64,000 nt of DNA from Acidobacteriota bacterium (GTDB lineage: Bacteria > Acidobacteriota > UBA890 > WLXD01): contig CBDBHB010000009.1 of assembly GCA_965205505.1 (NCBI GenBank), positions 1,216,001 to 1,280,000 of the forward strand, read 5' to 3'. The notes beneath the pieces are model-generated. The model saw only the letters and a program-made list of their open reading frames with translations. It ran no database searches and was not told the DNA's origin. This document shows positions 18,834-29,276 of the stretch, piece by piece; the stretch's first letter is position 1; the number at the start of each line of letters is the position of its first letter. The translations under genes and the position numbers were made by a program.

Positions 18834-20258
18834 ATGCTTGGCAGCCGAGCTGGGCGTGCGGTTTTGATCGCCTTGGCGCTCGCCCTCTGCGTTGACAGTC
18901 CGGCCGGCGCCGCCGCCGCACAGGGAATCGACTGGGACGCGCTGGGCGACGAGGCGGTGACGTTGCTACGTCACTACGTGCGGATCCGCACCGTAAACCC
19001 ACCCGGGGACGAGTATCTGGCGACCGACTTCTTCGCCGCGCTGTTCACGGCCGAAGGAATCCCGCACGAGATCTTCGAGAGCGAGCCGGGACGCAGCAAC
19101 GTCGTGGCCCGCCTACCGGGCAACGGAACGCTCGGCGGGCACGTGGTGTTGCTCAACCATACCGACGTGGTACCGGCCGACGAGCGTTTCTGGAACGTCG
19201 ACCCCTTCGGCGGCGACCTGGTAGGCGATCACATCTACGGTCGTGGGGTGGCCGATATGAAGGCCGACGCCATTGTGCAATTCCTCGCCATGGCAGCGCT
19301 CCACCGTGCCGGTATCGAGCTCGGACGCGATGTGATCTTCATGGCCACGGCGGCGGAGGAGACTGGTGGCCTCGAAGGGGCGGGCTACATTGTTCGCGAG
19401 CGCCCGGACTTGCTCGAAGGCGTCGAGTTCGTGCTCACCGAGGGCGGCAGCGTGCGCGTCGTGGGCGATCGCACGGTTCATCGCATCGAGACAACGCAGA
19501 AGACCCCCCTCTGGCTCCGCCTTACGGCGCGCGGACGCGCCGGTCACGGGGCGCGCGCGATTCCCACGTCGGCCGCTAATAGGCTCGTTCGGGCGCTGGA
19601 TCGCGTCCGCACCTACCGGCCGGCAATCCGGCTGGTGCCTGCCGTCGCCGAGGCCATTCGAGCCGCGGCGGCCGTCGAGGCCGACACCGACCTGGCGGCT
19701 GAGATGCGCATCATCGAGCGCACCATCGCCCGACCCCACATGCTCGATGTGTTGGAGGTCCCATTCGGCAACCTGCTCCGCAACACCATCGCGATCACCG
19801 TGATCGAGGGAAGCTCGAAGACGAACGTGATATCTGCTGCCGCCGTCGCCGAGCTCGATTGCCGGCTCCTGCCGGGGGAGAGCCCCGAGCTGTTCATCGC
19901 GTCGCTGCGCGATGTGATCGACGACGACGAGATCGAGATCGAGACCCTGCTGAGCTTCGAACCCTCGGCCTCGCCCCGCGACACCGCGCTGTGGGGAGCG
20001 ATCGAGGAGGCGGCTCGCCGTGACGACGCCCGTGCCGCCGTGATCCCGACCGTGCTCGCCGGCTTCACCGACAGCCACTTCTTCCGCGAACGAGACATCG
20101 TTGCGTATGGCTGGTCACCGATCCTGCTACGGCTCGGCGATGGCCAGGGCCATGCCGTCGACGAGCGCCTGTCCGTCGAATCGATCCGTCGAGCGCCGCG
20201 AATGTTGTTCGACGTATTGACGCTGCTGGCTAGCTTACCTGGGAATTCGGGAGGCTAG
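18834..20258 (+). CDS. M20/M25/M40 family metallohydrolase
   Basis: HTDVVP, GRGVADMK, AAEETGG, GFTDSH, HAVDER. Confidence 0.93.
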   Translation: MLGSRAGRAVLIALALALCVDSPAGAAAAQGIDWDALGDEAVTLLRHYVRIRTVNPPGDEYLATDFFAALFTAEGIPHEIFESEPGRSNVVARLPGNGTLGGHVVLLNHTDVVPADERFWNVDPFGGDLVGDHIYGRGVADMKADAIVQFLAMAALHRAGIELGRDVIFMATAAEETGGLEGAGYIVRERPDLLEGVEFVLTEGGSVRVVGDRTVHRIETTQKTPLWLRLTARGRAGHGARAIPTSAANRLVRALDRVRTYRPAIRLVPAVAEAIRAAAAVEADTDLAAEMRIIERTIARPHMLDVLEVPFGNLLRNTIAITVIEGSSKTNVISAAAVAELDCRLLPGESPELFIASLRDVIDDDEIEIETLLSFEPSASPRDTALWGAIEEAARRDDARAAVIPTVLAGFTDSHFFRERDIVAYGWSPILLRLGDGQGHAVDERLSVESIRRAPRMLFDVLTLLASLPGNSGG

Positions 20259-20291
20259 GGGGATCGGCGGCGTGTCGTCTCCGCCGCCCTC

Positions 20292-21422
20292 CTACTCCCC
20301 AGGTTCCTCCCCCTCCGCTTCCCCGAACGCCTTGTACGCATAGTCGCGCAGCGCCTCCAGGTCAGCGATAGACAGATTGGCGCGCAGCGTCACGTCGCGT
20401 CCGCTGCTGCCGGCGGTGATGCCGCGGTCGAGGATGGCGAAAACGTCGGGGTCGCTGCCCTGGATCATCATTTTGCCGAAGGCAAGCATGCCGTTGAGCG
20501 AGTCGCCGAGCAGCTTGGCATCGGAAGATTCCGCGGTGCGGCCGCGCAGGTTGACCTGGATACCGTCGGCCAGTCGCATCGACACGATCATCGCGTTGAT
20601 GCGATCGATGGGAATCTGCTGCATTGGAGCGCTGTCGTCCGGCGTGAAGTCTTTGAACAACGCGTCGTTCGCCGAGACGAACCAAGTCTCGCTGTCGGGA
20701 TCGACGTCCTCCAGCAGACCCATGAGTCGTGTGTTCGTGCGCGCCGACGCAGCGCCGTTGGCGACGTCGATGATGGCGCGAATGGTGCGGCTGCCGCCGA
20801 ACGCCACGGTGTTGTCATCGAGGATCGTCAGGTAGCCTTCGCCGTCGTCATCCTCATCCGGGTCATCCTCACCCGGATCGTCGTTGTCCGCGTCCTCGTC
20901 CGGTTGCTCGCCTTCCTCGTCGTTGCGTTGCCAACCGTCGGCAGAGTAGAGCGTGTAACCGCCGTACTCTTCCGTCGACTGTCCGCCTATCGATTCGAGC
21001 AGCTTGTCGCGGTCGAAGGTTGCAACCACGACCGCGCCGGCCGCATCGCCCATGTCATCCGAGAACCACTGGCTGGATATGAACGCGATGCGATGCAGGT
21101 CAGTGCGGGGATCGATACCGGTCTCGGCGATGAGATCTTCGAACTCACTCGCGTCGCCGACGGCAGCGCCCTCTTGCCGTAAGAAGTCGTAGACGGGGCT
21201 GTTGCGCAAAGACGCGAAATTGATCAAGCTGAGGGTGGTGGCGTCGGCCGGCAGCCGCGCGATCAGGTCGCCCTGCGCCGCGGCCGACTCGTCACCAGCA
21301 GCCCCATCGGCGGTTGGCACGGCGGTGCCGGAGCACGCCACTGGAGGCAGCAGCAACAGCGCCAGAGCCCAGGCGATGGTGGTCAGGGGAAAGGCCCGAT
21401 CGCGGACCAGCTTGATGCTCAT
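20292..21422 (-). CDS. Hypothetical lipoprotein with an acidic loop
   Basis: Lipobox PVAC, long ORF, GAGGA RBS. Confidence 0.7.
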   Translation of the reverse strand: MSIKLVRDRAFPLTTIAWALALLLLPPVACSGTAVPTADGAAGDESAAAQGDLIARLPADATTLSLINFASLRNSPVYDFLRQEGAAVGDASEFEDLIAETGIDPRTDLHRIAFISSQWFSDDMGDAAGAVVVATFDRDKLLESIGGQSTEEYGGYTLYSADGWQRNDEEGEQPDEDADNDDPGEDDPDEDDDGEGYLTILDDNTVAFGGSRTIRAIIDVANGAASARTNTRLMGLLEDVDPDSETWFVSANDALFKDFTPDDSAPMQQIPIDRINAMIVSMRLADGIQVNLRGRTAESSDAKLLGDSLNGMLAFGKMMIQGSDPDVFAILDRGITAGSSGRDVTLRANLSIADLEALRDYAYKAFGEAEGEEPGE

Positions 21423-21460
21423 GCTCGTTCCTCCACGAGATTCCTCGGTATTTTGATAGC

Positions 21461-22375
21461 TCAGTAATCCTGACGCGCGAACCACCAACATGCCAGTGCC
21501 AGGCAGATCAGCGGGAACGGCAAGGAAGTCCACATCGGAGTCAGCGACATGGGCTCGAGACGGGTGGCCTGAGTGGCGCCTTCGGTCAGCTCCAGCGTCT
21601 TGGGCAGCACCCAGTACAACGTCTCCGCGATTCCGCTAGCCAGCGACCGCGGCCAGCCGGCGCGGAACGCTGTGGTCCACTCGGAATACGTGTGCAGGGG
21701 GTACAGGATCAGACCCATGAACCAGATGCCGATGCCGGCGATGATGCTCACCGGGCTGCTGCCGGTAAGAACCCCCACGAGCACCATACCGGCGTAGCAA
21801 CACGCAAAGGTGAACAGCACCGTCAGGCCCGCCAGCAGGAACCCGGCGTTGCCAAAGCCGGTCTTCCAGGTGAGCAACGACCAGCTGCCCCCGAACAGGT
21901 AGACGACCGCCAACGTGACCACTGCGACGGCGCCCAGCGTGCGGCCGAGCACCAGCGTGGTGCGCGCTACCGGCTGCGACGCCAGCAGATCGACCCAGCC
22001 GGTGCGCAGGGTTCGCGGGATGATGTTGCCGGTGACGAATAGCGACAGCACGAGCCCGAAAGTACTCAACAAGCCGACGATTGCCACCTGGATCACGGTC
22101 ACGGCGTCGGCGATAGAGATCTCGGTACCCCCGATCTGCAGCGGGATGGTGCCGAACAATCTTGCCGAAGCGATCATTCCCTCGACCACGTCGACGGAGA
22201 TCACCGTCGCCAGCGCGATAAGGAACAACGTGGTGAGCACGAACAGTGCCACCAGCGTCCACTTGTGGCGAGCCTCGCGCACCGTGTAACCGACCAGCGC
22301 CCCGAGCTGTTGCAGCGTAAGGCGGTGCCGGCTGGCTGCCGGGGTGCCGAGTGTCGAGATGGCAGCGTCTGTCAT
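21461..22375 (-). CDS. ABC transporter permease
   Basis: Multiple TMs, DLLASQPVAR motif, coupled to the ATPase. Confidence 0.85.
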   Translation of the reverse strand: MTDAAISTLGTPAASRHRLTLQQLGALVGYTVREARHKWTLVALFVLTTLFLIALATVISVDVVEGMIASARLFGTIPLQIGGTEISIADAVTVIQVAIVGLLSTFGLVLSLFVTGNIIPRTLRTGWVDLLASQPVARTTLVLGRTLGAVAVVTLAVVYLFGGSWSLLTWKTGFGNAGFLLAGLTVLFTFACCYAGMVLVGVLTGSSPVSIIAGIGIWFMGLILYPLHTYSEWTTAFRAGWPRSLASGIAETLYWVLPKTLELTEGATQATRLEPMSLTPMWTSLPFPLICLALACWWFARQDY

Positions 22376-23430
22376 GACACGGGCTCGGTAGTGACAGTTG
22401 CCGGGGTGGGCTCGTCGGCTGGTGCCGGCGGGTCGGCGTCGCCCGCCTGGTCGGGCCTCGCTCCGCCGGGCAGGCCGGCCTCCGCATCCTCCGACGAGGC
22501 GTCGCTGATTGTCTGAACGAACACATCCTCGAGGCTGGCGCGAACGCGCTGAACTTCCTCGATCTCGATGCCGGATTGACGTACCCGATCGAGCGCCGCG
22601 TTGAGCTCGCCCCGATCGCTGACGCTCAGTCGCCAAGCGCTGCGTCCGGGCGGCGCTGCGAGGGCTTCGTGCTCATCGCCGGTGGCTGCCAGCGCGGCAC
22701 GCGCTTCGTCGTCGGAGGCGGCGAGCACCAGACGGTATTCGGGGTTGGGCGCTTGCAGTGAGCTGAGCGGCCCCTCGCGCCGAACCCGACCCTTGACGAG
22801 GATGGCCACACGGTCGCACAGGAGCTCGACCTCGCCGAGCATGTGCGAGTTCACGAACAGCGTCTTGCCCCTCTCGAGGTTGCGCCGCAGGATGCCGCGG
22901 ATCGACACCCTGCCGAGCGGATCGATGCCCTCGGTAGGCTCATCCAGGAACAGAACCTGGGGGTCCGGCAGCAGTGCCTGTGCCAGCGCCAAACGTTGCT
23001 GCATTCCCTTGGAGAATCCGCCTACGCGGTGGTCGCGCCAATTCGACATCTCGACTTCCTCGAGAACCACCTCGATACGCCGAGATCGAGCTTGCTTGTC
23101 CATTCCGAGCAGGCGCCCGAAGAGCTCCAGAACTTGGGCGGCGGTCAGAAAATCAGGATATGAGCGTCGCTCGGGCATGTAGCCGACGTTGGTGCGCGAC
23201 TTGGGACTACCGGCGGGCTCACCGAGCAGCATTGCGCTGCCGTCGGTGGGATGCACCAGCCCCAGCAATATCTTGACGAGCGTGGTTTTCCCGGCGCCGT
23301 TGGGTCCCAGCAGCCCGAACGCCTCGCCTGCTCCCACGTCGATGCTCACGCTGCGGAGCGCATCGACTCGGGAACCGAAGGGGCCGCCGCCGAATGTCTT
23401 TGACAGGCCGAGGGTCTCGATGACGTTCAT
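22372..23430 (-). CDS. ABC transporter ATP-binding protein
   Basis: GPNGAGKTT, FSKGMQQR, LDEP. Confidence 0.95.
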   Translation of the reverse strand: MNVIETLGLSKTFGGGPFGSRVDALRSVSIDVGAGEAFGLLGPNGAGKTTLVKILLGLVHPTDGSAMLLGEPAGSPKSRTNVGYMPERRSYPDFLTAAQVLELFGRLLGMDKQARSRRIEVVLEEVEMSNWRDHRVGGFSKGMQQRLALAQALLPDPQVLFLDEPTEGIDPLGRVSIRGILRRNLERGKTLFVNSHMLGEVELLCDRVAILVKGRVRREGPLSSLQAPNPEYRLVLAASDDEARAALAATGDEHEALAAPPGRSAWRLSVSDRGELNAALDRVRQSGIEIEEVQRVRASLEDVFVQTISDASSEDAEAGLPGGARPDQAGDADPPAPADEPTPATVTTEPVS

Positions 23431-23586
23431 AAGACTTGAATCATGTTTGGTGAGGGGGGCTACACCAGACTAAGACGGCCTCGCTCAGCGTAGGTTTCAC
23501 GCCCCAGTCGCGCCGCTGGAACGCCTGACCCTGCCCTCCTGCTAGGCTTGCCTAGATCCATTGAGCTTGCCCCCATCTCGACCCAG

Positions 23587-23620
23587 CAATATGCAACGAA
23601 CCTCTGTTACAGGACACTAG
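23587..23620. repeat. Solo transposon/MITE end (type D)
   Basis: caatatgcaacgaacctctgttacaggacactag, ends in CTAG. Confidence 0.75.
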
Positions 23621-23628
23621 CGAGCGAC

Positions 23629-24003
23629 ATGACGGACACGAGCGGGCTCGCAGATCACTACAGCAACCCTCGTAATCTCGGTGACCTTGACGAGCCTGAC
23701 GCCGTGGCCCTCGTGCACAACCCGGTCTGCGGCGACATGTTGCGGTTGGTAGCAACATGTCGCGACGGCGTGATCGTCGAAGCCCGATTCAAAGCCTACG
23801 GGTGCGCTGCCGCGATCGCTGCCGGATCTGTCGCATCGGAGTTGATTTCCGGAACAACCATCGACGAAGCCGCGTCTATCAAGGACGAGGATATTCGTTC
23901 TGTGCTCGGGCCGCTGCCCCCGATGAAGGTGCATGCCATCGTGCTAGCTCGCGAGGGAATTCAGAACCTGGTCGAGCAGCTGCGACGGGCCAATGATGCC
24001 TAG
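23629..24003 (+). CDS. iscU: IscU/NifU-type Fe-S cluster scaffold
   Basis: HYSNPRN, NPVCGD, FKAYGC, LPPMKVHA (third Cys replaced by Ala). Confidence 0.88.
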   Translation: MTDTSGLADHYSNPRNLGDLDEPDAVALVHNPVCGDMLRLVATCRDGVIVEARFKAYGCAAAIAAGSVASELISGTTIDEAASIKDEDIRSVLGPLPPMKVHAIVLAREGIQNLVEQLRRANDA

Positions 24004-24027
24004 CAGAGTTCTTCAGCACCCTGCTAG
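24000..24027. repeat. Collapsed type B MITE scar
   Basis: ctagcag fused to agttcttcagcaccctgctag, the right end of 27900-28179. Confidence 0.85.
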
Positions 24028-24063
24028 GAGCCCGTACTGGCGCTGTGGTGGGCGAGAGCGCTC

Positions 24064-24342
24064 ATGCTACTGAGGCTCGCGGGCCTGACCTACAAGGCGG
24101 CGCGGCGCATCGTCGTGACGCTGGTTGGCGTGACAGTGCTGTTGATCGGCATCGTGCTGTTGGTCACGCCGGGTCCGGCGCTGCTGGTAATTCCCATCGG
24201 GCTGGCAATCCTCGGCCTGGAGTGGGCCTGGGCCCGGCGTCTGCTACGCGCCGTCAAGGACAAGGGCGGCGAGGCGCTGAAGCATGTCGCCTTGGGAGAC
24301 TTTCTGCGCGGCCGGTTCGGTCGCCCACCCACTGACGACTAG
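24064..24342 (+). CDS. PGPGW-family small membrane protein
   Basis: VTPGPALLVIPIGLAILGLEWAWAR. Confidence 0.88.
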   Translation: MLLRLAGLTYKAARRIVVTLVGVTVLLIGIVLLVTPGPALLVIPIGLAILGLEWAWARRLLRAVKDKGGEALKHVALGDFLRGRFGRPPTDD

Positions 24343-24983
24343 TCGTTCTGCGCCTCGGCAGCGCCGAAAGCGTGCTCGAGCAGCGAGGTGATATCGCTCA
24401 CCGTCTCGTTGCCTTTGTCCTGGGCATACCACGCGTACTTACGGTCGTAGAGCACCTTGCGCGGTAGCTCGTTCTCGTTGCCCAGGAACCATTCCTGCAG
24501 CACGCCGGGGCGCTCGATCCAGCTGCCGATCTCGTTGTAGTTGCTGTCGAGGGCGATGACGGTCGGTGTGGCGGGGCGGCCATCGGGAGTGGGGCGTTGC
24601 CGCATCACATCCGCGCCGACGTGGGAGTTGACGATCCGCATCTCCAGTCCCGCTACCGCTTCGACCAAACGGGCCAGGTAGGGGATCGTGTTAACCGAGT
24701 CGCCGCACCAATCCTCGGCGACTACGAGAAGTCTGGCTGAAGCGCCTACGCCGCGCGCCCGAGCGAGTGCCGCCGGCGACGGGACACCTTCCTCGTAGTT
24801 GCGAAGCCACGCCTCCCGGCGCTGGTCCGCCACCTCGAGGAACTGATCAAAAGCGATGCCGCGCTGGTAGAGTGCCTCCAGGTCTTCAGGCGACTGCTGC
24901 CGCGCCAGCGTTGCGGAGGCCCCGGCAACAGTGATCAGCACCGTCGCGACGAGCCCGCCGACGGCTCGGCTCAGGCGCGTCAT
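24339..24983 (-). CDS. Thioredoxin-family protein (Thioredoxin_9-like), exported
   Basis: AEDWCGDS, ATPTVI, WIERP. Confidence 0.85.
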   Translation of the reverse strand: MTRLSRAVGGLVATVLITVAGASATLARQQSPEDLEALYQRGIAFDQFLEVADQRREAWLRNYEEGVPSPAALARARGVGASARLLVVAEDWCGDSVNTIPYLARLVEAVAGLEMRIVNSHVGADVMRQRPTPDGRPATPTVIALDSNYNEIGSWIERPGVLQEWFLGNENELPRKVLYDRKYAWYAQDKGNETVSDITSLLEHAFGAAEAQND

Positions 24984-25441
24984 CAGTAGCTGGCGAAGAC
25001 CTGCGTGTTGCCCTCGTGGTCGATCGCCAGCACGTCGTAACGGTCCCTGCGCCCACCTTCCATGCCAGGCGCGCCCATCGGCATCCCGGGCACGGTGATG
25101 CCCTTGATCTCGGGCCGTTCGCTGAGCAACCGCGCGACCTCGCGCGCCGGGACGTGACCCTCGACCAGATAGCCGTCGACCATCGACGTATGGCAACCGG
25201 CGGTTTCGGGCGTGATCCCCTCACGCTCCTTGATGTTGTTGAGCTCGTCGGTCTTGTGGATCTCGACGGTAAAGCCGTTGGATTCCATGTGCGCCGCCCA
25301 CTTGCTGCAGCAACCGCACGCCGGGTTCTGGTACATCACCACCTTGGTGCCGTCGACCAGGGGTGTGCGTCCGGCATACAGCCAGCCGCCCGCGAAGGCG
25401 ACCAGGACTACGGCGATCGCAACGATTCGCTTGGTGCTCAT
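24983..25441 (-). CDS. DUF411 metal-binding protein
   Basis: CGCC..W, CHT, EGHVP, PGMPMGAPGME. Confidence 0.9.
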   Translation of the reverse strand: MSTKRIVAIAVVLVAFAGGWLYAGRTPLVDGTKVVMYQNPACGCCSKWAAHMESNGFTVEIHKTDELNNIKEREGITPETAGCHTSMVDGYLVEGHVPAREVARLLSERPEIKGITVPGMPMGAPGMEGGRRDRYDVLAIDHEGNTQVFASY

Positions 25442-25585
25442 GTCGGGACTCCGGCGTTGTTCGTTATGACTCTGTCTTGACAGTGGTGGGTGCTTCTAGC
25501 CTGAAGTCGAAGCGCGCACCGAGTCGATCTTATCGCCTGGAAGGAGGTCAGGGTATGGGCAGGGATCCTCGCTGCGAGGCGCGGC

Positions 25586-26080
25586 TCACTCGGCCTGGGC
25601 CGACTCAACGGCTTGCGGCCTAGCTGCCGGCACGGCGTGCGGGGTGTTGTAGGCCACCATGATTATGCCCGCACCGACCACCACGATGCCGAGCCACAGC
25701 CACGGGCTCACGTGTTCGGCCCGCGGCAGGGTCACGAGCGCGGAGATCGTCACCGCGCCACCGAACACGATCGGCATCACCAAATGGGGGAGAGCAGCGC
25801 CCCCGGTGAACATGGCGAGAGTCAGATTCAACGCACCCCAGGCCCCGAGCGTGCCGGCGACCAAGCCCCAGAACGCACCGGCGCTGCTGAAAGACAGCTC
25901 GTCGCCGTTGACACGCATACCGATAAGGCCACCGACGATGGCCCACACGATGTATGCGAGACCAATCAAGAAGTACGGCTTGAACGGGCTCGACAGCGAC
26001 GAGCGCGCCTGCGCCAGCGTTGGACCGTACAGTCCCCAGCACATTGCGGTGAGCAGAGCGAAGAGGATCGGATTACGCAT
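25586..26080 (-). CDS. Hypothetical membrane protein (DMT-like)
   Basis: Five TM segments, CWGLYGP, MPIVFGGA. Confidence 0.75.
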   Translation of the reverse strand: MRNPILFALLTAMCWGLYGPTLAQARSSLSSPFKPYFLIGLAYIVWAIVGGLIGMRVNGDELSFSSAGAFWGLVAGTLGAWGALNLTLAMFTGGAALPHLVMPIVFGGAVTISALVTLPRAEHVSPWLWLGIVVVGAGIIMVAYNTPHAVPAARPQAVESAQAE

Positions 26081-26171
26081 TGGGGACCTCGGAGTGCAGG
26101 TTGGTAGAGTCTCCCAGCGTACAGCAGAATCCTTGTGGGCCCAGGCTGGGTCGAGCGCGCCGCACGGCCTG

Positions 26172-27835
26172 CTAACCGTTGGCCCCGGCGTCTCCGTCGT
26201 CGAGGGCATCCAGGTGGGCGCTGTCGATGAGCAGCGCCGTGGCCTCGCCGATCAGCGCCGTCGCCATGATGCTCTCGGCGCCAGTGGAGCTGGTGGACTG
26301 CTCCATTGGTGAGGGTTTCTCGAAGCCCGACCACCACTCGTCGGCATCGGTCGCGAGCCAGTGGCCAGCGGCCTCGCAATCGAGCAACTGGGCGCGCATC
26401 GTGACGGCGTTCTTGGCGCGCATTCCAGTGTCCTTGGAGAGCCCCTTGAGGATCACCTGCTCCAGGTCGCCGGGGATCTCCGGGTTACGCGATCGCGGCG
26501 GCTCCGGCTGCTTGGTCTGGTGCAGGCGGATGTACTCGCGAACATCAGTTGCGACGAACAACGGGGTGCCGGTGAGGAGGTAGTAGCCGACGGCCGACAA
26601 CGAGTACAGGTCGGCGCGCGGCCCCATCATCTCGGGGTACACCGCTTCCGGGGCCATGGTCTCTGGCGTTCCCATGATGATGCCGTCGAGCTCCGGGGCC
26701 TGCTGGCGGAGGCTCTTCACCAGGCCGAAGTCGAGGATCTTGACGACGTCGTTCTCGCCCCCCTGCCGGCAGAGCATGATGTTGGCGGGCTTGATATCGC
26801 GATGCACCATTCCCTCCGAGTGCGCCTCGGCGAGCGCGCCGCAGGCGGCGGACAGCACGTGGATGACCCGCCCAGCAGGCATCGGACCGGTGCCCTCGAC
26901 GATCTCGCGCAGGTTGGCGCCGTCGAGCAGCTCCATGGCGTAATAGAACACGCTGTCGGCGGTGTGCCCGTAGTCATAGATGCCCACCGAGTTGGGATGA
27001 GTCAGGCGGCTTGTCTGCTTGACCTCGCGCTCGAATCGGCGCAGCGAGCTCTCGCCGGCAATCTCGGGGCGCAGCAGCTTGATCGCGGTGGGGCGGTTCA
27101 ACAGCGAATGGGTGGCGGAATAGACCTCGCCCATGGCCCCGGCGCCGAGCTTGCCGTGGATCTCATACTGGCCCAGGTGTCCAGCCTCGTAGCTGCGGCG
27201 GCGTAGCCCGAGGTTCACACGCGAAGCGACACAGGCCACGCCGATGGCGCCGGCAAGCAATATCTGGTTCTGAATCAGAATGTCGACGTAGTGGCTGCGT
27301 GGGTATGCCTGATCGGGGAAAGCGTACGATGCCCCCTGCCACAGCTGGATCGCCAGCACCCCAATGGGGCCGGGATTGACAGCCAGAACGTGCGTGCCGC
27401 GGAGCTCGGCACCAGCGTCGCACGCGTCAGTATGAAGAGGGTCAGGAACGGCAGTACCAGCGCGAATCCGGAGAAGGAAAACGTGTGCGAGCTCGCATAG
27501 AGCAGCAGACAGGAAGCGACGAGAATCTGCAGCAGCAGCCCGTCCAGCATCGCCAGGCCGCGCTCTGACAGCCGGCGGCTCTGCAGACCGCGCCGAATGA
27601 CCGACGCTCCGACAACGAGCCAGAACAGCGCCGCGTTCGGCAGCGTGGTGACGAACGCCACCAGCACCGTCATCACGCTGTCATCGCCCCGTTGCCACTT
27701 CGCGACTACGAAGGCCGCGGCCAGCACCCCGGTGATGACCGTGACGGCCCCGGCGAGCAGCCGCAGGCGCTGCTGCAGGTAGGTGCGAATTTCCTCGTCG
27801 AACCCTGGGGTCGAGAGCTTGCGTGCGCTACTCAC
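26172..27835 (-). pseudogene. Membrane Ser/Thr protein kinase split by a frameshift near 27360
   Basis: GAGAMGEVY, HRDIKPAN, DFGL in 26172-27359; TM N-terminus in 27275-27835; one G missing in a G-run. Confidence 0.85.
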
Positions 27836-27899
27836 GGCGACTCGCGTGCGGGAATCGGATCGTCGGTGTTGGTGCGACCGATCACGATCACACTACTCC

Positions 27900-28179
27900 T
27901 TAGCAGGGTGCTGAAAAACTCTGGCGGGTCTGGCGCGTGGGTCTTGCTGGCGAGATCAAGGAAGAGCGACGATGGCGATGCCAGGGTGCATCGTCGAGAA
28001 GCTGTAACGCTGAGATCGCCAGCAACCCCCACGCGCCCGAAGGGTTACGGCGTCGTGGGGCCATCTGCGGCGTTGGCCCTCCTGGACGATACAACGAGCA
28101 TCGCCTGCCTTGCGCCGCCTTGCATCTGGCCCCACGACGCCGTAACCAGACCCGCCAGAGTTCTTCAGCACCCTGCTAG
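27900..28179. mobile_element. MITE-like element, type B, full length
   Basis: TIR tagcagggtgctgaa.aactctggcgggtctgg; interior homologous to type A. Confidence 0.9.
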
Positions 28180-28997
28180 ACGCGCGGCGCGCCGCATGGT
28201 CGCACTCAGTCATCGCGCATGACGCCTGGCTGACCGGTGGCCTCGAGCACCCGTTGCCAAACTGCGCCTTCAACGTCGAGCTGCCGCCGCTCGCTGGTTG
28301 CCAAGGGCAGCGGCACGTGCGTGTAGCGCCCGCCCCAGGTACCCACGAGCATGTCGGTTCGGCCACTGAGTCCCGCGTGCACGGCATGCTGACCGAGGGT
28401 CAGGCAAAGAGCCGAGTCGAAGGCGTTGGCCGGCAGGCTGCGGATCAGATAGCTCGGGTCGATATACTTCGCCGCCGCGACGATGCCGCGCGAGCGGAAG
28501 TGCTCCAAGATGCGCTCTCTCAGAAAGCTGCCGATGTCGGCAAGCGCGGGGTTGCCGGAGGCGTCGCGAGCCGGCCCCTTGTGGGCGGTGTGCTCCTGGC
28601 CGGCGCCCTCGGCGACAACTATGACCGCGTGGCCTCGGGCTTCTACCCTTCGCTCGAGCAGGCTCAGGAAGCCGCCTTCTCCATCGAGCGAGAAGGGCGA
28701 CTCGGGTATCAGGCAGAAGTTGACCTGGTTGTGGGCCAAGGTCGCATGGGCGGCGATGAAGCCAGAGCCCCGGCCCATGAGCTTCACCAAGCCGATCCCG
28801 TTGCGCACGGCGTGCGCCTCGGTATGGGCTGCGACGATCGATCGCGCCGCTTCGTTGACCGCGGTAGCGAACCCGAAGCTGCGCTCCAGCCACAGGATGT
28901 CATTGTCGATGGTCTTCGGAATCCCCACCACTGACCTGACCCCCCAAAACGGATCCAGAGGTAATCTCACGATCTGGGTCGAAAAGGGGAGGTCAGA

Positions 28998-29276
28998 ATG
29001 CCGACGAAGAGGCACAGCGCCGAGCAGATCGTACGCAAGCTCCGGGAGGCTGAAGTGGAGCTGGCGCAAGGCGGGACGGTCAAGGATGCCTGCCGCAAGC
29101 TAGCGATCACCGAGCACACCTACTATCGGTGGCGGCGGGAGTACGGGGGGCTGAAGGTCAACCAGGCCAGAAGGCTCAAGCAGCTGGAGAAAGAAAACGC
29201 CCGGCTCAAGAAACTGGTGGCGGAGAAAGAGCTCGACCTGTCGATCCTGAAGGAAGTCGCGGAGGGAAACTTCTGA
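28998..29276 (+). CDS. IS3 transposase OrfA
   Basis: HTH plus leucine zipper [17 protein letters not shown]; GGGAAAC at the orfA/orfB overlap. Confidence 0.93.
   Translation: MPTKRHSAEQIVRKLREAEVELAQGGTVKDACRKLAITEHTYYRWRREYGGLKVNQARRLKQLEKENARLKKLVAEKELDLSILKEVAEGNF

Noticed and set aside
20850-20925. Acidic repeat DEDADNDDPGEDDPDEDDD
   Set aside because: Ordinary low-complexity loop in a lipoprotein.
27340-27370. Programmed frameshift or phase variation in the kinase
   Set aside because: A single missing G in a 4-G run; sequencing error or simple mutation is more likely and cannot be resolved without reads.
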